DNA of 36,171 nt from an uncultured Clostridia bacterium (GCA_937915065.1 CALDMR010000123.1:1-36171); one strand, 5' to 3'; shown: positions 1 through 8,991, numbered from the stretch's first letter. Translations and numbers: made by a program. Notes: generated by a model not told the origin, from the sequence alone.

Positions 1-2
1 TG

Positions 3-377
3 GAAGCGGAAATTCCCGATGAGCCGGTATGGGTTCTGGGCGATCCCGATCTGATCACCCAGGTGATTTATAACCTGCTGGAGAATGCGGCGAAATTTGC
101 GCCCAAGGGCTCTGTGCTGAAATTGGGATTGGGCACGCGCAACGGAAAGGCCTTGGTGGCTATCCAGAATCGGGGAGAGACGATCCCGCCCGAAGAACTG
201 CCGCTGCTTTTTGAGCGGTTCCATAAGAGCGATAAATCCCGCAGTGAAGATAAGGACGGCGTGGGGCTGGGCCTGTATATTGTGAAAGCGATCCTCAGCC
301 AGCACCGCGAGGAGATCCAGGTCACATCGGTGGACGGCGTGACAACCTTTACCTTTACGATCACGCTGACAAAATAA
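3..377 (+). CDS. Sensor histidine kinase, C-terminal HATPase_c domain (5' truncated by window edge)
   Basis: Frame open from base 3 (EAEIPDEPVWVLGDPDLITQVIYNLLENAAKF); N box NLLENAAKF, F box LFERFHK, G2 box GVGLGLYIVK; stop TAA 375-377. Confidence 0.9.
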   Translation, partial: EAEIPDEPVWVLGDPDLITQVIYNLLENAAKFAPKGSVLKLGLGTRNGKALVAIQNRGETIPPEELPLLFERFHKSDKSRSEDKDGVGLGLYIVKAILSQHREEIQVTSVDGVTTFTFTITLTK

Positions 378-387
378 GGAGTGTTCC

Positions 388-1695
388 ATGGAAGGGAAAG
401 AAAAAAAGTGGAAGGACCGCTATGCGGACCGGCCGGTCAATGAGGATCAGGCGCTGCTTTGGCGCCAGCAAACCCGGCCGCAGAGCGCCCGGGTTTGCTG
501 CCCGCCGCGGCCGGAGGCCGCTATGGCCCGGGAAGCGGGGGCTGTACGGAATCCGTGGCTGGAGAATCTGCCTGCTGCGCGTCCCCGGGGCGGCAAAAAG
601 GGCGTGGCCCTTTTTTTGGCGCTGCTCGTGGCCCTGTTGGGCGGCACAGGGGCCTACTGGATGGTCTTTGGGTTGCCCGATCGGCCCGATCGGGGCGCTT
701 ACTTCGGGCAGCTGAACGCGGAAAACGATCCGACGGCGATCCCCGTGGTTCAGGGCGGCGATACCCGGCTGTCGGTGCAGAAAGAACACGGCCCATTGCT
801 GACAAGCCAGGAGATTTATCAGAAAGTCAATCCGGCAGTGGTTGCGGTGATGGCTGTGCAGTCGGATTATTCGGCCTCTATCGGCACAGGCGTTCTGTTT
901 ACCGAGGACGGCTTTTTGCTGACGAACGCCCATGTGATTGAGGGCGGCCAAAGCTGCACGATCCTGCTGGCGGATGACCGCAGCTATGAGGCCGAGTTGG
1001 TGGGGTATGACCGGAAGCGGGATGTGGCCGTGCTGAAGGCGGTGGATGCTTCGGGCTTACCTGTGGCGGAAATTGGAGATTCCAAACAGCTTCGGGTTGG
1101 CGACCGGGTGTATGCCATCGGGAATCCTCTGGGCCTGGAACTGCGGGGCACGCTGACGGATGGGATCGTGTCGGCCATCAACCGGGATGTGGAAGTGGAC
1201 GGCCGCACGATGACGCTGATCCAAACCAACGCCGCCTTGAACGAAGGGAATTCCGGCGGCCCGCTGATCAATGAATACGGCCAGGTGGTCGGTTTGAATG
1301 TGGTAAAAATGAGCGCCCATGAAGGGGAGACCGGCGTGGAGGGCCTGGGGTTTGCCGTGCCCTCGGAAACGGTGGAATATCTGGCCAACCAGATCCTGCA
1401 ATACGGCGCGCCCCTGCCGGACACATCCTTGGGAATCACGGTTTATGCCGTTGGAGCGGAAGGTGATGCAGTGCGCGGGCTGATGGTGCGCCAGGTGACG
1501 GAGGGGAGCGGCGCCGATCTGGCGGGTATCCGGGCCGGCGATATCATCCTGTCGGCCGACGGTGCGGCGGTGCGCGAAACGGCAGACTTGCTGGCCCGCC
1601 GCCGGCAGCATGCTCCCGGGGAGGATATGACATTAACCCTCCTGCGCGGCGGTGAAACGATCACCGTGCAAGTGACACTGGATGCAGCGGAATAA
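388..1695 (+). CDS. htrA: HtrA/DegP-family serine protease with N-terminal TM helix and PDZ domain
   Basis: TM segment VALFLALLVALLGG; triad motifs TNAHV, DVAVLK, GNSGGPL; C-terminal PDZ (GIRAGDIILSADG); 10 bp after the kinase. Confidence 0.92.
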   Translation: MEGKEKKWKDRYADRPVNEDQALLWRQQTRPQSARVCCPPRPEAAMAREAGAVRNPWLENLPAARPRGGKKGVALFLALLVALLGGTGAYWMVFGLPDRPDRGAYFGQLNAENDPTAIPVVQGGDTRLSVQKEHGPLLTSQEIYQKVNPAVVAVMAVQSDYSASIGTGVLFTEDGFLLTNAHVIEGGQSCTILLADDRSYEAELVGYDRKRDVAVLKAVDASGLPVAEIGDSKQLRVGDRVYAIGNPLGLELRGTLTDGIVSAINRDVEVDGRTMTLIQTNAALNEGNSGGPLINEYGQVVGLNVVKMSAHEGETGVEGLGFAVPSETVEYLANQILQYGAPLPDTSLGITVYAVGAEGDAVRGLMVRQVTEGSGADLAGIRAGDIILSADGAAVRETADLLARRRQHAPGEDMTLTLLRGGETITVQVTLDAAE

Positions 1696-1723
1696 ACGCG
1701 CAGAGGAATAAAGAGGAAAGTAA

Positions 1724-1753
1724 GCGCCCTGTAAACAAATGTTTATGGGGTGC
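1724..1753 (+). terminator. Hairpin after htrA, probable terminator
   Basis: GCGCCCTGTAAAC-aaat-GTTTATGGGGTGC stem with G-U pairs; weak U tract. Confidence 0.45.
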
Positions 1754-1812
1754 TGCTATTTAGCCGCTGGCCTGTTGCGCCCGGGCTTTCGGTTTGTTGG
1801 GGCGGATTGACC

Positions 1813-1841
1813 TTGACAGATGGGCCGTCCCGTATTAAAAT
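1813..1841 (+). promoter_or_regulatory. sigmaA promoter of rny
   Basis: TTGACA (1813-1818), 17 bp spacer, TAAAAT (1836-1841). Confidence 0.8.
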
Positions 1842-1971
1842 CATATAGGATTATTATCGGGCTCATAGGGGTTTACGGGCCCTGATCGTTTTCTGACACA
1901 AACCGGCCGGTGCAGGGCGTGCTTTTGCGGTGCCAGGCATGCCGGCCAACTACAAAGTTTAGGAGGAAGAA

Positions 1972-3483
1972 ATGGGCGACATTAACATAGCGATGATCGC
2001 GATTGCGATCGTGGCTGCAGTCGTAGCGCTCATTATCGGCTCCCTTCTCGGTTGGAACCGCAGAAAGTCTGTTGCGGAAAAGGAAATCTCCAGTGCGGAA
2101 GAAGAAGCAACCCGCATTATCAACGAAGCCATCAAAAGTGCTGAAAATAAAAAGCGCGAAGCCATGGTTGAGGCAAAGGAAGAGATTCTCAAGCAGCGCA
2201 GCGAGTATGAGAAGGAAGTGAAGGAGCGCAGAGCGGACCTGCAGAAACAGGAACGCCGCCTGCAGCAAAAGGAAGAGAATCTTGACCGCAAAACCGATGC
2301 GATCGAGAAAAAGGAAGAGTCCCTGGCGGAAAAGCACGCTCAGCTGGACAAACAGAAGGACGAGGTCCAGAAAATCAAAGAAAGCCAGACGGCCATGCTG
2401 GAGCGCATTTCCGGCTTCACCGCAGAGGAGGCCAAGGCTTATTTGATCCAGCAGGTGGAAACAGAAGTTACCCACGAAGCTGCCATGAAGATCAAGGAGA
2501 TCGAGACCCGTGCCAAGGACGAGGCGGACGCGAAGGCCAAAGAAATTATTGCCACGGCCATCCAGCGTTGCGCTGCCGATCAGGTATCTGAAATTACCGT
2601 CAGTGTGGTTCCCCTGCCCAGTGACGAGATGAAGGGCCGCATTATCGGCCGCGAGGGCCGCAATATCCGCACCCTGGAAACCATGACCGGCGTCGATTTG
2701 ATCATTGACGATACGCCGGAAGCCATTACCGTGTCCTGCTTTGAGCCTGTGCGCCGCGAAATTGCCCGCCTGGCGCTGGAGAAGCTGATTGCTGATGGCC
2801 GCATTCACCCCACCCGGATTGAGGAAATGGTGGAAAAGGCCAAGCGCGAAGTAGACGCTGTGATCAAGTCCGAGGGCGAGCGCGCCACCTTCGAAACCAG
2901 CGTGCGGGGGCTGCATCCCGAGCTGATCAAGATGCTGGGCCGCTTGCATTACCGCACCAGTTATGGCCAGAATGTGCTGCGCCACTCCATCGAGGTTTCC
3001 CAGCTGGCCGGCATGATGGCCGCTGAACTGGGCGCCGATGTGAATGCCGCCCGCCGTGCCGGCCTGCTGCACGATCTGGGCAAGTCCATCGACCATGAGA
3101 TGGAGGGTTCCCATGTGGCGCTGGGCGTGGAATTTGCCCGCAAGTTCCATGAAAAGGAAGATATTATTCACGCGATTCAGGCGCACCACGGCGATGTGGA
3201 GCCCAAGACTCTAGTAGCCCGCCGTGAGAATCTGGAAAACTATATCAAGCGGTTGGAACAGCTGGAGAGCATTGCCAGCAGCTTCCCCGGTGTGGAGAAA
3301 TCCTATGCGATCCAGGCCGGCCGCGAAGTCCGTGTGATGGTGAAGCCCGAGGAAGTTTCCGAGGATCGGATGGTGATCCTGGCCCGGGATTTGGCCAAGA
3401 AGATCGAAGAAGAGATGGAATATCCCGGTCAGATCAAGGTCAACGTCCTGCGGGAAACCAAAGCGGTGGAATACGCAAAATAA
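1972..3483 (+). CDS. rny: Ribonuclease Y, with an apparent in-frame deletion in the HD domain
   Basis: SD AGGAGG; N-terminal TM, coiled coil, KH motif [15 protein letters not shown] motif LLHDLGK, C-terminal [11 protein letters not shown] and YPGQIKV; followed by ymdB. Confidence 0.96.
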   Translation: MGDINIAMIAIAIVAAVVALIIGSLLGWNRRKSVAEKEISSAEEEATRIINEAIKSAENKKREAMVEAKEEILKQRSEYEKEVKERRADLQKQERRLQQKEENLDRKTDAIEKKEESLAEKHAQLDKQKDEVQKIKESQTAMLERISGFTAEEAKAYLIQQVETEVTHEAAMKIKEIETRAKDEADAKAKEIIATAIQRCAADQVSEITVSVVPLPSDEMKGRIIGREGRNIRTLETMTGVDLIIDDTPEAITVSCFEPVRREIARLALEKLIADGRIHPTRIEEMVEKAKREVDAVIKSEGERATFETSVRGLHPELIKMLGRLHYRTSYGQNVLRHSIEVSQLAGMMAAELGADVNAARRAGLLHDLGKSIDHEMEGSHVALGVEFARKFHEKEDIIHAIQAHHGDVEPKTLVARRENLENYIKRLEQLESIASSFPGVEKSYAIQAGREVRVMVKPEEVSEDRMVILARDLAKKIEEEMEYPGQIKVNVLRETKAVEYAK

Positions 3484-3519
3484 GAGATACGAAGGAGGAA
3501 GCACCCTCCTTTACGCCGG

Positions 3520-3552
3520 AAAAGGGGCGGGGCATCAGCCCCGCCCCTTTTT
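3520..3552 (+). terminator. Intrinsic terminator-like hairpin between rny and ymdB
   Basis: AAAAGGGGCGGGGC-atca-GCCCCGCCCCTTTTT. Confidence 0.8.
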
Positions 3553-3570
3553 GCGAGATGGGAGAAAAGT

Positions 3571-4347
3571 ATGGAAGTTCGGATTTTAGCGATTGGTGAT
3601 GTGGTGGGGGCCGGCGGCCTCGACTTTTTGACCCGCTATCTGCGCCCCCTTAAAAAGCAGAAGGGCGTGGATTTTACGGTGGTGAACGGAGAAAACGCGG
3701 CGGGACTGGGTATCCTGCCCGGGCAGGCCCAGCAATTGTTTGATGCAGGCTGCGATGTGATCACTTTGGGAAACCACAGCTATGACAAACAGCAGATTCT
3801 TCCCATGCTGGAGGAAAACCGCTATATTCTGCGCCCGGCGAACTATACGGCCAGAGCGCCGGGGCGGGGGACTGCTTTTTATGACTGCGGCCGTTACAGC
3901 ATCCGGGTGATCAACCTGCAGGGGCGCGTGAACCTGAACTGCAACTGTGATAGTCCCTTTGCAGCGGCAGATCGCATTTTGAAGGAAGAGGAAAAGGCCA
4001 CCTTTACCCTGGTGGATCTGCATGCCGAGGCCACCAGCGAAAAGTTGGCCCTGGGGTATTATTTGGATGGGCGGGTTTCCGCCCTGTGGGGAACCCACAC
4101 CCATGTGCAGACGGCGGATGAGCAAATTCTGCCCAAAGGCACGGGGTATCTCACCGATGCAGGCATGACCGGCCCCCTGGTTTCGGTCATCGGTATGCCG
4201 GCAGAGCAGTCGATCGAAGGGTTCCTGGGCGGTATCCGGGGCCGTCATCAGGTGGCGGACGGCCCCTGCGGGATGGCTGGTGTGCTTTATACACTGGACA
4301 GCGCCGGCGGCCTGTGCACCTGCGTTGAGCGGATTTTTGTCCGCTGA
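3571..4347 (+). CDS. ymdB: YmdB-family metallophosphoesterase (2',3'-cyclic nucleotide phosphodiesterase)
   Basis: IGDVVG, VNGENAAG, TLGNH, DLHAEATSEK, GTHTHVQTAD, TDAGMTG motifs; conserved synteny with rny. Confidence 0.93.
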   Translation: MEVRILAIGDVVGAGGLDFLTRYLRPLKKQKGVDFTVVNGENAAGLGILPGQAQQLFDAGCDVITLGNHSYDKQQILPMLEENRYILRPANYTARAPGRGTAFYDCGRYSIRVINLQGRVNLNCNCDSPFAAADRILKEEEKATFTLVDLHAEATSEKLALGYYLDGRVSALWGTHTHVQTADEQILPKGTGYLTDAGMTGPLVSVIGMPAEQSIEGFLGGIRGRHQVADGPCGMAGVLYTLDSAGGLCTCVERIFVR

Positions 4348-4357
4348 GGAGGAACCT

Positions 4358-5449
4358 ATGGTCAAGATCCTGCATGCTGCAGATTTTCATTTGGACAGCC
4401 CTTTCCGGGGGCTGTCGCCGGAGCAGGCCCGCTCCCGCCGCCGGGAGGCCCGGGACAGTATGTTCCGGCTGGCGAATTTTGCCAATGCCCAGCAGGTGGA
4501 GCTGGTGCTGCTGGCCGGAGACCTTTTCGACAGCGGCGAAATTTACCGGGAAACAGCGGAAGCCCTGGCAGAGGCGCTGGGCGGTATAGCCGGGCGCGTG
4601 TTCATTGCCCCGGGCAACCATGATTATTGGGATGCCCGGGGGCCATACGGCCGTGTCGATTGGCCGACCAATGTGCATATATTCAAAAGCAATCAGATCG
4701 AGGCGGTGGAACTGCCGGAGCAAAATTGCGTTGTGTACGGCGCGGCCTTTACAGGGCCGGAGTGTACCGATGACCTGCTGCGGGGCTTCCGGGCGCCCCA
4801 GGACGGCAGAACACACCTGATGGTGCTTCATGGGGATGTGGACGGCGGGCGGCGCTATAATGCAATCTCCCGGGGGGAGATTGCCGAGAGCGGACTGGAT
4901 TATCTGGCGCTGGGTCATGTGCATGGCTTCAGCGGTGTGCAAAAGCTGTGGAATACCACCTGGGCCTATCCCGGCTGCCCGGAGGGGCGGGGATTTGACG
5001 AGTGCGGCAGGCACGGCGTCCTGTTGGGTACGGTGGATCGGGAACGCTGCGACCTGCGGTTTGTCAGCTTCGCGCGCCGCCGCTATGAGATCCTGGAAGT
5101 GGATGTTACGGGGCAGCACCCTTTGGAGGCGGCGAAAACAGCCCTGGGCAGCGAAGGCACCGGAGCAGATCTTTACCGCATTGTGTTTACCGGAGAAACC
5201 GACGAGCGGGGCGTGGATTTGAAAGCTGTGCGGGAAGGGCTGGAGGAACGCTTTTATGGCCTGGAGCTGCGGGATCGAACCACGGTGGCCGGGGATGTAT
5301 GGGCCTGCGCCGGAGAGGATTCGCTGCGGGGGCTGTTCCTGAGCAATTTGCTGCGGCGAAAGGCCGCCGCCGGAACGGAAGAAGAGCGCCTGGCCATTGA
5401 CAGGGCTGCCCGCATGGGCTTGGCCGCCCTGGACCGGCGGGATCTGTGA
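4358..5449 (+). CDS. SbcD/Mre11/YhaO-like DNA repair exonuclease (calcineurin-like phosphoesterase)
   Basis: SD GAGGAGG then ATG 4358; HAADFHLD, AGDLFD, PGNHD, LGHVH, YPGCPEGRGFDE motifs. Confidence 0.88.
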   Translation: MVKILHAADFHLDSPFRGLSPEQARSRRREARDSMFRLANFANAQQVELVLLAGDLFDSGEIYRETAEALAEALGGIAGRVFIAPGNHDYWDARGPYGRVDWPTNVHIFKSNQIEAVELPEQNCVVYGAAFTGPECTDDLLRGFRAPQDGRTHLMVLHGDVDGGRRYNAISRGEIAESGLDYLALGHVHGFSGVQKLWNTTWAYPGCPEGRGFDECGRHGVLLGTVDRERCDLRFVSFARRRYEILEVDVTGQHPLEAAKTALGSEGTGADLYRIVFTGETDERGVDLKAVREGLEERFYGLELRDRTTVAGDVWACAGEDSLRGLFLSNLLRRKAAAGTEEERLAIDRAARMGLAALDRRDL

Positions 5450-5465
5450 GGCGCTGCCTGCGATC

Positions 5466-5516
5466 AAAAAAACACCGGCGCTGCGATGATAAATCGCAGC
5501 GCCGGTGTTTTCTTTT
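5466..5516. terminator. Bidirectional intrinsic terminator
   Basis: AAAACACCGGCGCTGCGAT-gataa-ATCGCAGCGCCGGTGTTTT between convergent genes. Confidence 0.85.
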
Positions 5517-5529
5517 GGGAAATGGGGGA

Positions 5530-6630
5530 TCAGACCAGTTTCTTTTCCGGAAGAGTGCGCACAGCTTCGATATCTGCGGCAGTGATCTGCATCAGGTCTT
5601 CTTTGGTCAGGGTATCCTGGTCTGCCAGGCGGTTGCACTGGGCGGTGAGGATCTGCTCAAACAGATTGCGCACACCCCGGGCATTGCCAAAGGATACAGT
5701 ATCCTTGTTGCGCTCGGCAATGAGCAGCTGCACGGCCTTTTTTGCTTCTTCGTCCAGTTGATAGCAGCCCTTTTGGCACTGCCGCTCGAAAATGGACATC
5801 ATCTCGGCAATGGTGTAATCGTCAAAGTGGAGATACCGGTTAAAGCGGGATTCCAGGCCGGGGTTCGAGTGAACGAAATCGTCCATCAGCCCATCATAAC
5901 CGGCCACAATGACCACCAGATCGTCCCGGTGATCCTCCATGGCTTTCAGCAGGGTGTCGATGGCCTCCTGGCCGAAGTCGTTGTCGCTCTTGCCGTTCAG
6001 GGCATAGGCTTCGTCGATGAACAGCACGCCGCCCAGGGCCTTGGTGATGACCTTGCTGGTTTTCGTGGCTGTCTGCCCCACATAGCCCGCCACCAGGCCG
6101 CTGCGATCCACCTCCACCAGATGGCCCTTGGACAGGATGCCCAGGCTGTGGTAAATACGGGCCATGATGCGGGCGATGGTGGTTTTGCCGGTGCCGGGAT
6201 TGCCGGAAAAGACCATGTGCAGGGACATATCGGTGCAGGGCAGGCCGTTTTCCTTGCGCTTCTGATCGATCTGCACCATGTTGATGAGGTTCTCTACCTC
6301 TTTTTTTACGGCGCCCAGGCCAATATAACTTTCCAGTTCCTCTTTCAGGGAGGAAATCTCTTCCCGGGGCAGTGCGTCTTCCTGGGGCTCGGCGGCGGGG
6401 GCGTCGCCGGTGCCTGCAGCGGTCTGTTTTTTGGGCTGTTCCGGGACTGGCGCAGTGTCGGCAGGGGTGTCGGCGGCCGGTTCCGGCCGCTCCGGCACGG
6501 GCGCTGCGGCGGGGCCCCAAAAATCGGTGTCCATGCGCTTGAGATTGTTGGCGGTCAGGCTTTTGATCAGATCCAGCTGCTGCTGAATGATGCGGTCCTT
6601 GCGGTCGTTATTTCCCAGTTGAAGTGCCAT
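5530..6630 (-). CDS. SpoVK/CbbX-family AAA+ ATPase
   Basis: SD GGAGG before ATG 6630 (MALQLG); Walker A GNPGTGKT, LVAGYVGQT, Walker B LFIDEAY, NPGLESRF, FGNARGVRN; Pro/Ala-rich linker near the N-terminus. Confidence 0.88.
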   Translation of the reverse strand: MALQLGNNDRKDRIIQQQLDLIKSLTANNLKRMDTDFWGPAAAPVPERPEPAADTPADTAPVPEQPKKQTAAGTGDAPAAEPQEDALPREEISSLKEELESYIGLGAVKKEVENLINMVQIDQKRKENGLPCTDMSLHMVFSGNPGTGKTTIARIMARIYHSLGILSKGHLVEVDRSGLVAGYVGQTATKTSKVITKALGGVLFIDEAYALNGKSDNDFGQEAIDTLLKAMEDHRDDLVVIVAGYDGLMDDFVHSNPGLESRFNRYLHFDDYTIAEMMSIFERQCQKGCYQLDEEAKKAVQLLIAERNKDTVSFGNARGVRNLFEQILTAQCNRLADQDTLTKEDLMQITAADIEAVRTLPEKKLV

Positions 6631-7147
6631 AAGAGAGTCCTCCCAATTTGGTTTTTTCCATGGCGGCGAACAGCAGCGCGGCAATGAAGCCGGTCAATGC
6701 GCCGGTAAACAGCGATACAACGAGCAGAATGGGCAAATAAGCCACGGCGGCCGGGCTGCCCAGGGTAAGCACTGCGGCGGCCACCTGGCCGATATTATGC
6801 CCTGCAGCGCCGGCGATGGATACGCCGTAAATCGACAGGGCCGGAACGCGGTGCAGCAGGATCATGATCAGCATGGCCAGCACGCCGCCGATGAGAGAAA
6901 AGAGCAGGGCGGAAGCATTGCCGGCGAACATGGCGCCCAGCAGGCAGCGGGCCAGCAGAATGACCATGGCCGGGGCTGCGCCGAGATAGTATAGGGCAAA
7001 AACGGTGACAATGTTGGCCAGGCCCAATTTGAATCCGGGCAAGGGGATCAGCAGGGCCGTGGGAAACATGTTTTCCAGATAGGAAAGGGCCAGGGCCAGG
7101 GCTGTCAGCATGGCGCAGAGGGCCAGCTGGTGTACATTCATTTTCAT
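6608..7147 (-). CDS. Gx transporter family membrane protein (often annotated heptaprenyl diphosphate synthase component I)
   Basis: Hydrophobic 179 aa; ALSYLE, PGFKLGLANI, GVSIAGAAGHNIGQ motifs; follows NusG-II and apbE genes. Confidence 0.82.
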   Translation of the reverse strand: MKMNVHQLALCAMLTALALALSYLENMFPTALLIPLPGFKLGLANIVTVFALYYLGAAPAMVILLARCLLGAMFAGNASALLFSLIGGVLAMLIMILLHRVPALSIYGVSIAGAAGHNIGQVAAAVLTLGSPAAVAYLPILLVVSLFTGALTGFIAALLFAAMEKTKLGGLSYGTSTGK

Positions 7148-7157
7148 GGAGCAGCCC

Positions 7158-7577
7158 TCACTTTACTACAATATCAAAGCCGGGGTCGCCGCCGTCTGCG
7201 GCGCTCAGCGTTACGACAAATCGTCCCGGCAAGCATACGATGCTCTCCCCGGAGCGGCTGATCCAACCGGTATGGACACAGTCTTGATTGGCACAGGGGG
7301 CGGACACCATGCGGAGATGGCCGTGGTTGATTTCCAGCACATAGGAGCCGTAGGTTTTGGTTTGATCCGGCATGCCGGCGGGCAGTTCAAAGGCGTCCAG
7401 CACCTGGCCGCTTTGGGAAACGGTGCAGAGCATGCTGCCATCGCCGGGATCTTTGGGGAGAAAGAGAAAGAACAGGCCGGCAGCCAGGGCCAGCACAGCG
7501 ATCACCACCAGCAGATCCCAGGGCGAGGGACGCAGCCGGAGAGAGGATTTAGTTTTTGGAGAGGTAGATATATTCAT
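7158..7577 (-). CDS. NusG domain II-containing membrane-anchored protein
   Basis: N-terminal TM; SAPCANQDCVHTGWISRSGESIVCLP signature. Confidence 0.85.
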   Translation of the reverse strand: MNISTSPKTKSSLRLRPSPWDLLVVIAVLALAAGLFFLFLPKDPGDGSMLCTVSQSGQVLDAFELPAGMPDQTKTYGSYVLEINHGHLRMVSAPCANQDCVHTGWISRSGESIVCLPGRFVVTLSAADGGDPGFDIVVK

Positions 7578-8589
7578 AAGTATGCTCCGCCAGGGAGGAG
7601 TCGAAGCGGTCCTTCAGCCCCTCGGTCAAATAGATGCGGCCTTCGTCGTCGGCCAATACCATGTCAAACGCAAGACCGGATGTTTTCCAAAAGTTCACGG
7701 CGCCGTCGTATCCCATGACGAACAGAGCGGTGGACAGGGCGTCGCCCATAGTGCCGCTATCGCAAACCACCGTGACGGATCGCAGACCGCTGCGGGCCAC
7801 ATCGCCGGTTTTGGGATCGATAATATGATAGTAGATCACGCCGTCCTGCTCGAAATAGCGCTGGTAGCCGCCGGAAGTGATGGCAAACTGATCCTGCAGG
7901 GACAGCACTCCCAAATAATTGCCGGGATCGTTGGGATCTTCCACGGCCACGCGCCAGGGCGTGCCGTCGGGCTTGGCGCCGCGGACATAGACGTTGCCGC
8001 CGAGGCTGACCATGGCGGATTCCGTGCCGCAGGAGTCGAACACGGCAGCCAGGCGGTCAGAGGCATAGCCCTTGGCGATGCCGCCCAGGTCAACGGCCAT
8101 ACCATCCTCCAGGGTCACCGTACCGTCGCCAAAAAGCATGCGTTCATCGCCCACATGGGAAAGCAGTGTGTCCAGCTCTTCCCGGGAGGGAACCCGAGGA
8201 GCATCACCGGTGAAATTCCAGGCGTCCATAATGGGAGCCACGGTGATGGAAAAGGCGCCGCCGGTCATGGAGGAATAGTCCGCGGCGGTTTTCAGCAGAG
8301 AGAATACTTCGCTGTCCACCGCTACCGGCGTGCCGCTGCTTTGGTTCACAGCGGAAATGGCGCTGGTTTCGTCGTGGCGGGACAACAGACCGTCCAGTCG
8401 ATGGAGTTCGGCTTCGGCGGCCTGCAGCGCGGCGTCGGCGCTGTCCGTGCCGCTGCTGTATACAGTCAGATCCATTACGGTATCCATGGCAAAGATCTGA
8501 GCCTGGGACGGCTGCGGTGCAGGCGTCTCCCGGCTGCAGCCGCACAGGCACAGCAGGGCGGTCAGGGACAGGAAAAACCATTTTTTCAT
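7549..8589 (-). CDS. apbE: FAD:protein FMN transferase, lipoprotein
   Basis: Start MKKWFF at 8589; lipobox-like LLCLCGC; AMDT, DLGGIAKGY, TSGGYQRY, HIIDPKTG, DALSTALF motifs. Confidence 0.93.
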   Translation of the reverse strand: MKKWFFLSLTALLCLCGCSRETPAPQPSQAQIFAMDTVMDLTVYSSGTDSADAALQAAEAELHRLDGLLSRHDETSAISAVNQSSGTPVAVDSEVFSLLKTAADYSSMTGGAFSITVAPIMDAWNFTGDAPRVPSREELDTLLSHVGDERMLFGDGTVTLEDGMAVDLGGIAKGYASDRLAAVFDSCGTESAMVSLGGNVYVRGAKPDGTPWRVAVEDPNDPGNYLGVLSLQDQFAITSGGYQRYFEQDGVIYYHIIDPKTGDVARSGLRSVTVVCDSGTMGDALSTALFVMGYDGAVNFWKTSGLAFDMVLADDEGRIYLTEGLKDRFDSSLAEHTYEYIYLSKN

Positions 8590-8650
8590 GGGAAAATCCT
8601 TTCTGATACAAAGATGATACAAGAAGCTGGAATGATAGTCCAATAATTAC

Positions 8651-8679
8651 AATATACCATGCTTTGCTGCGCCTTTCAA
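8651..8679 (-). promoter_or_regulatory. sigmaA promoter of the apbE operon
   Basis: Minus strand TTGAAA, 17 bp spacer, TATATT with extended -10 TG. Confidence 0.6.
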
Positions 8680-8748
8680 CTGTTGAACGCGGCGGAAAGG
8701 TGCGGAAAATCTGCGGCTGTTCCGATGGCCGGGAGAGGGGGGATTTAG

Positions 8749-8991
8749 ATGCGTTGGGTGCAATTGATATTGGCGGGGGCTGCGGTGCTGTGCGGCACGG
8801 GAGCGTTTGTGCAAATCGGGCCCGGACAGGCGGCACTGGGATTGATGTTTCTCTTTCTGGGGCTGACATTGGGCCTGCGGGCCCTGGACTGCCGTGGCCA
8901 AAGCGTGAGAAGCAGTGCGTTTCTGCTGGGAGGCGTAGGGATTTTTATGCTCCTGGTGAGTGCAGCTGTTTTGATTCGCCAACTGCTCTAA
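8749..8991 (+). CDS. Small hypothetical membrane protein (about 3 TM, 80 aa)
   Basis: G-rich SD upstream; three hydrophobic stretches; no recognised family. Confidence 0.55.
   Translation: MRWVQLILAGAAVLCGTGAFVQIGPGQAALGLMFLFLGLTLGLRALDCRGQSVRSSAFLLGGVGIFMLLVSAAVLIRQLL

Noticed and set aside
1731..1746. TAAAC-aaat-GTTTA as a LexA box upstream of rny
   Set aside because: Two mismatches to GAAC-N4-GTTC, about 70 bp upstream of the -35, and part of a longer G-U-containing stem better explained as the htrA terminator.
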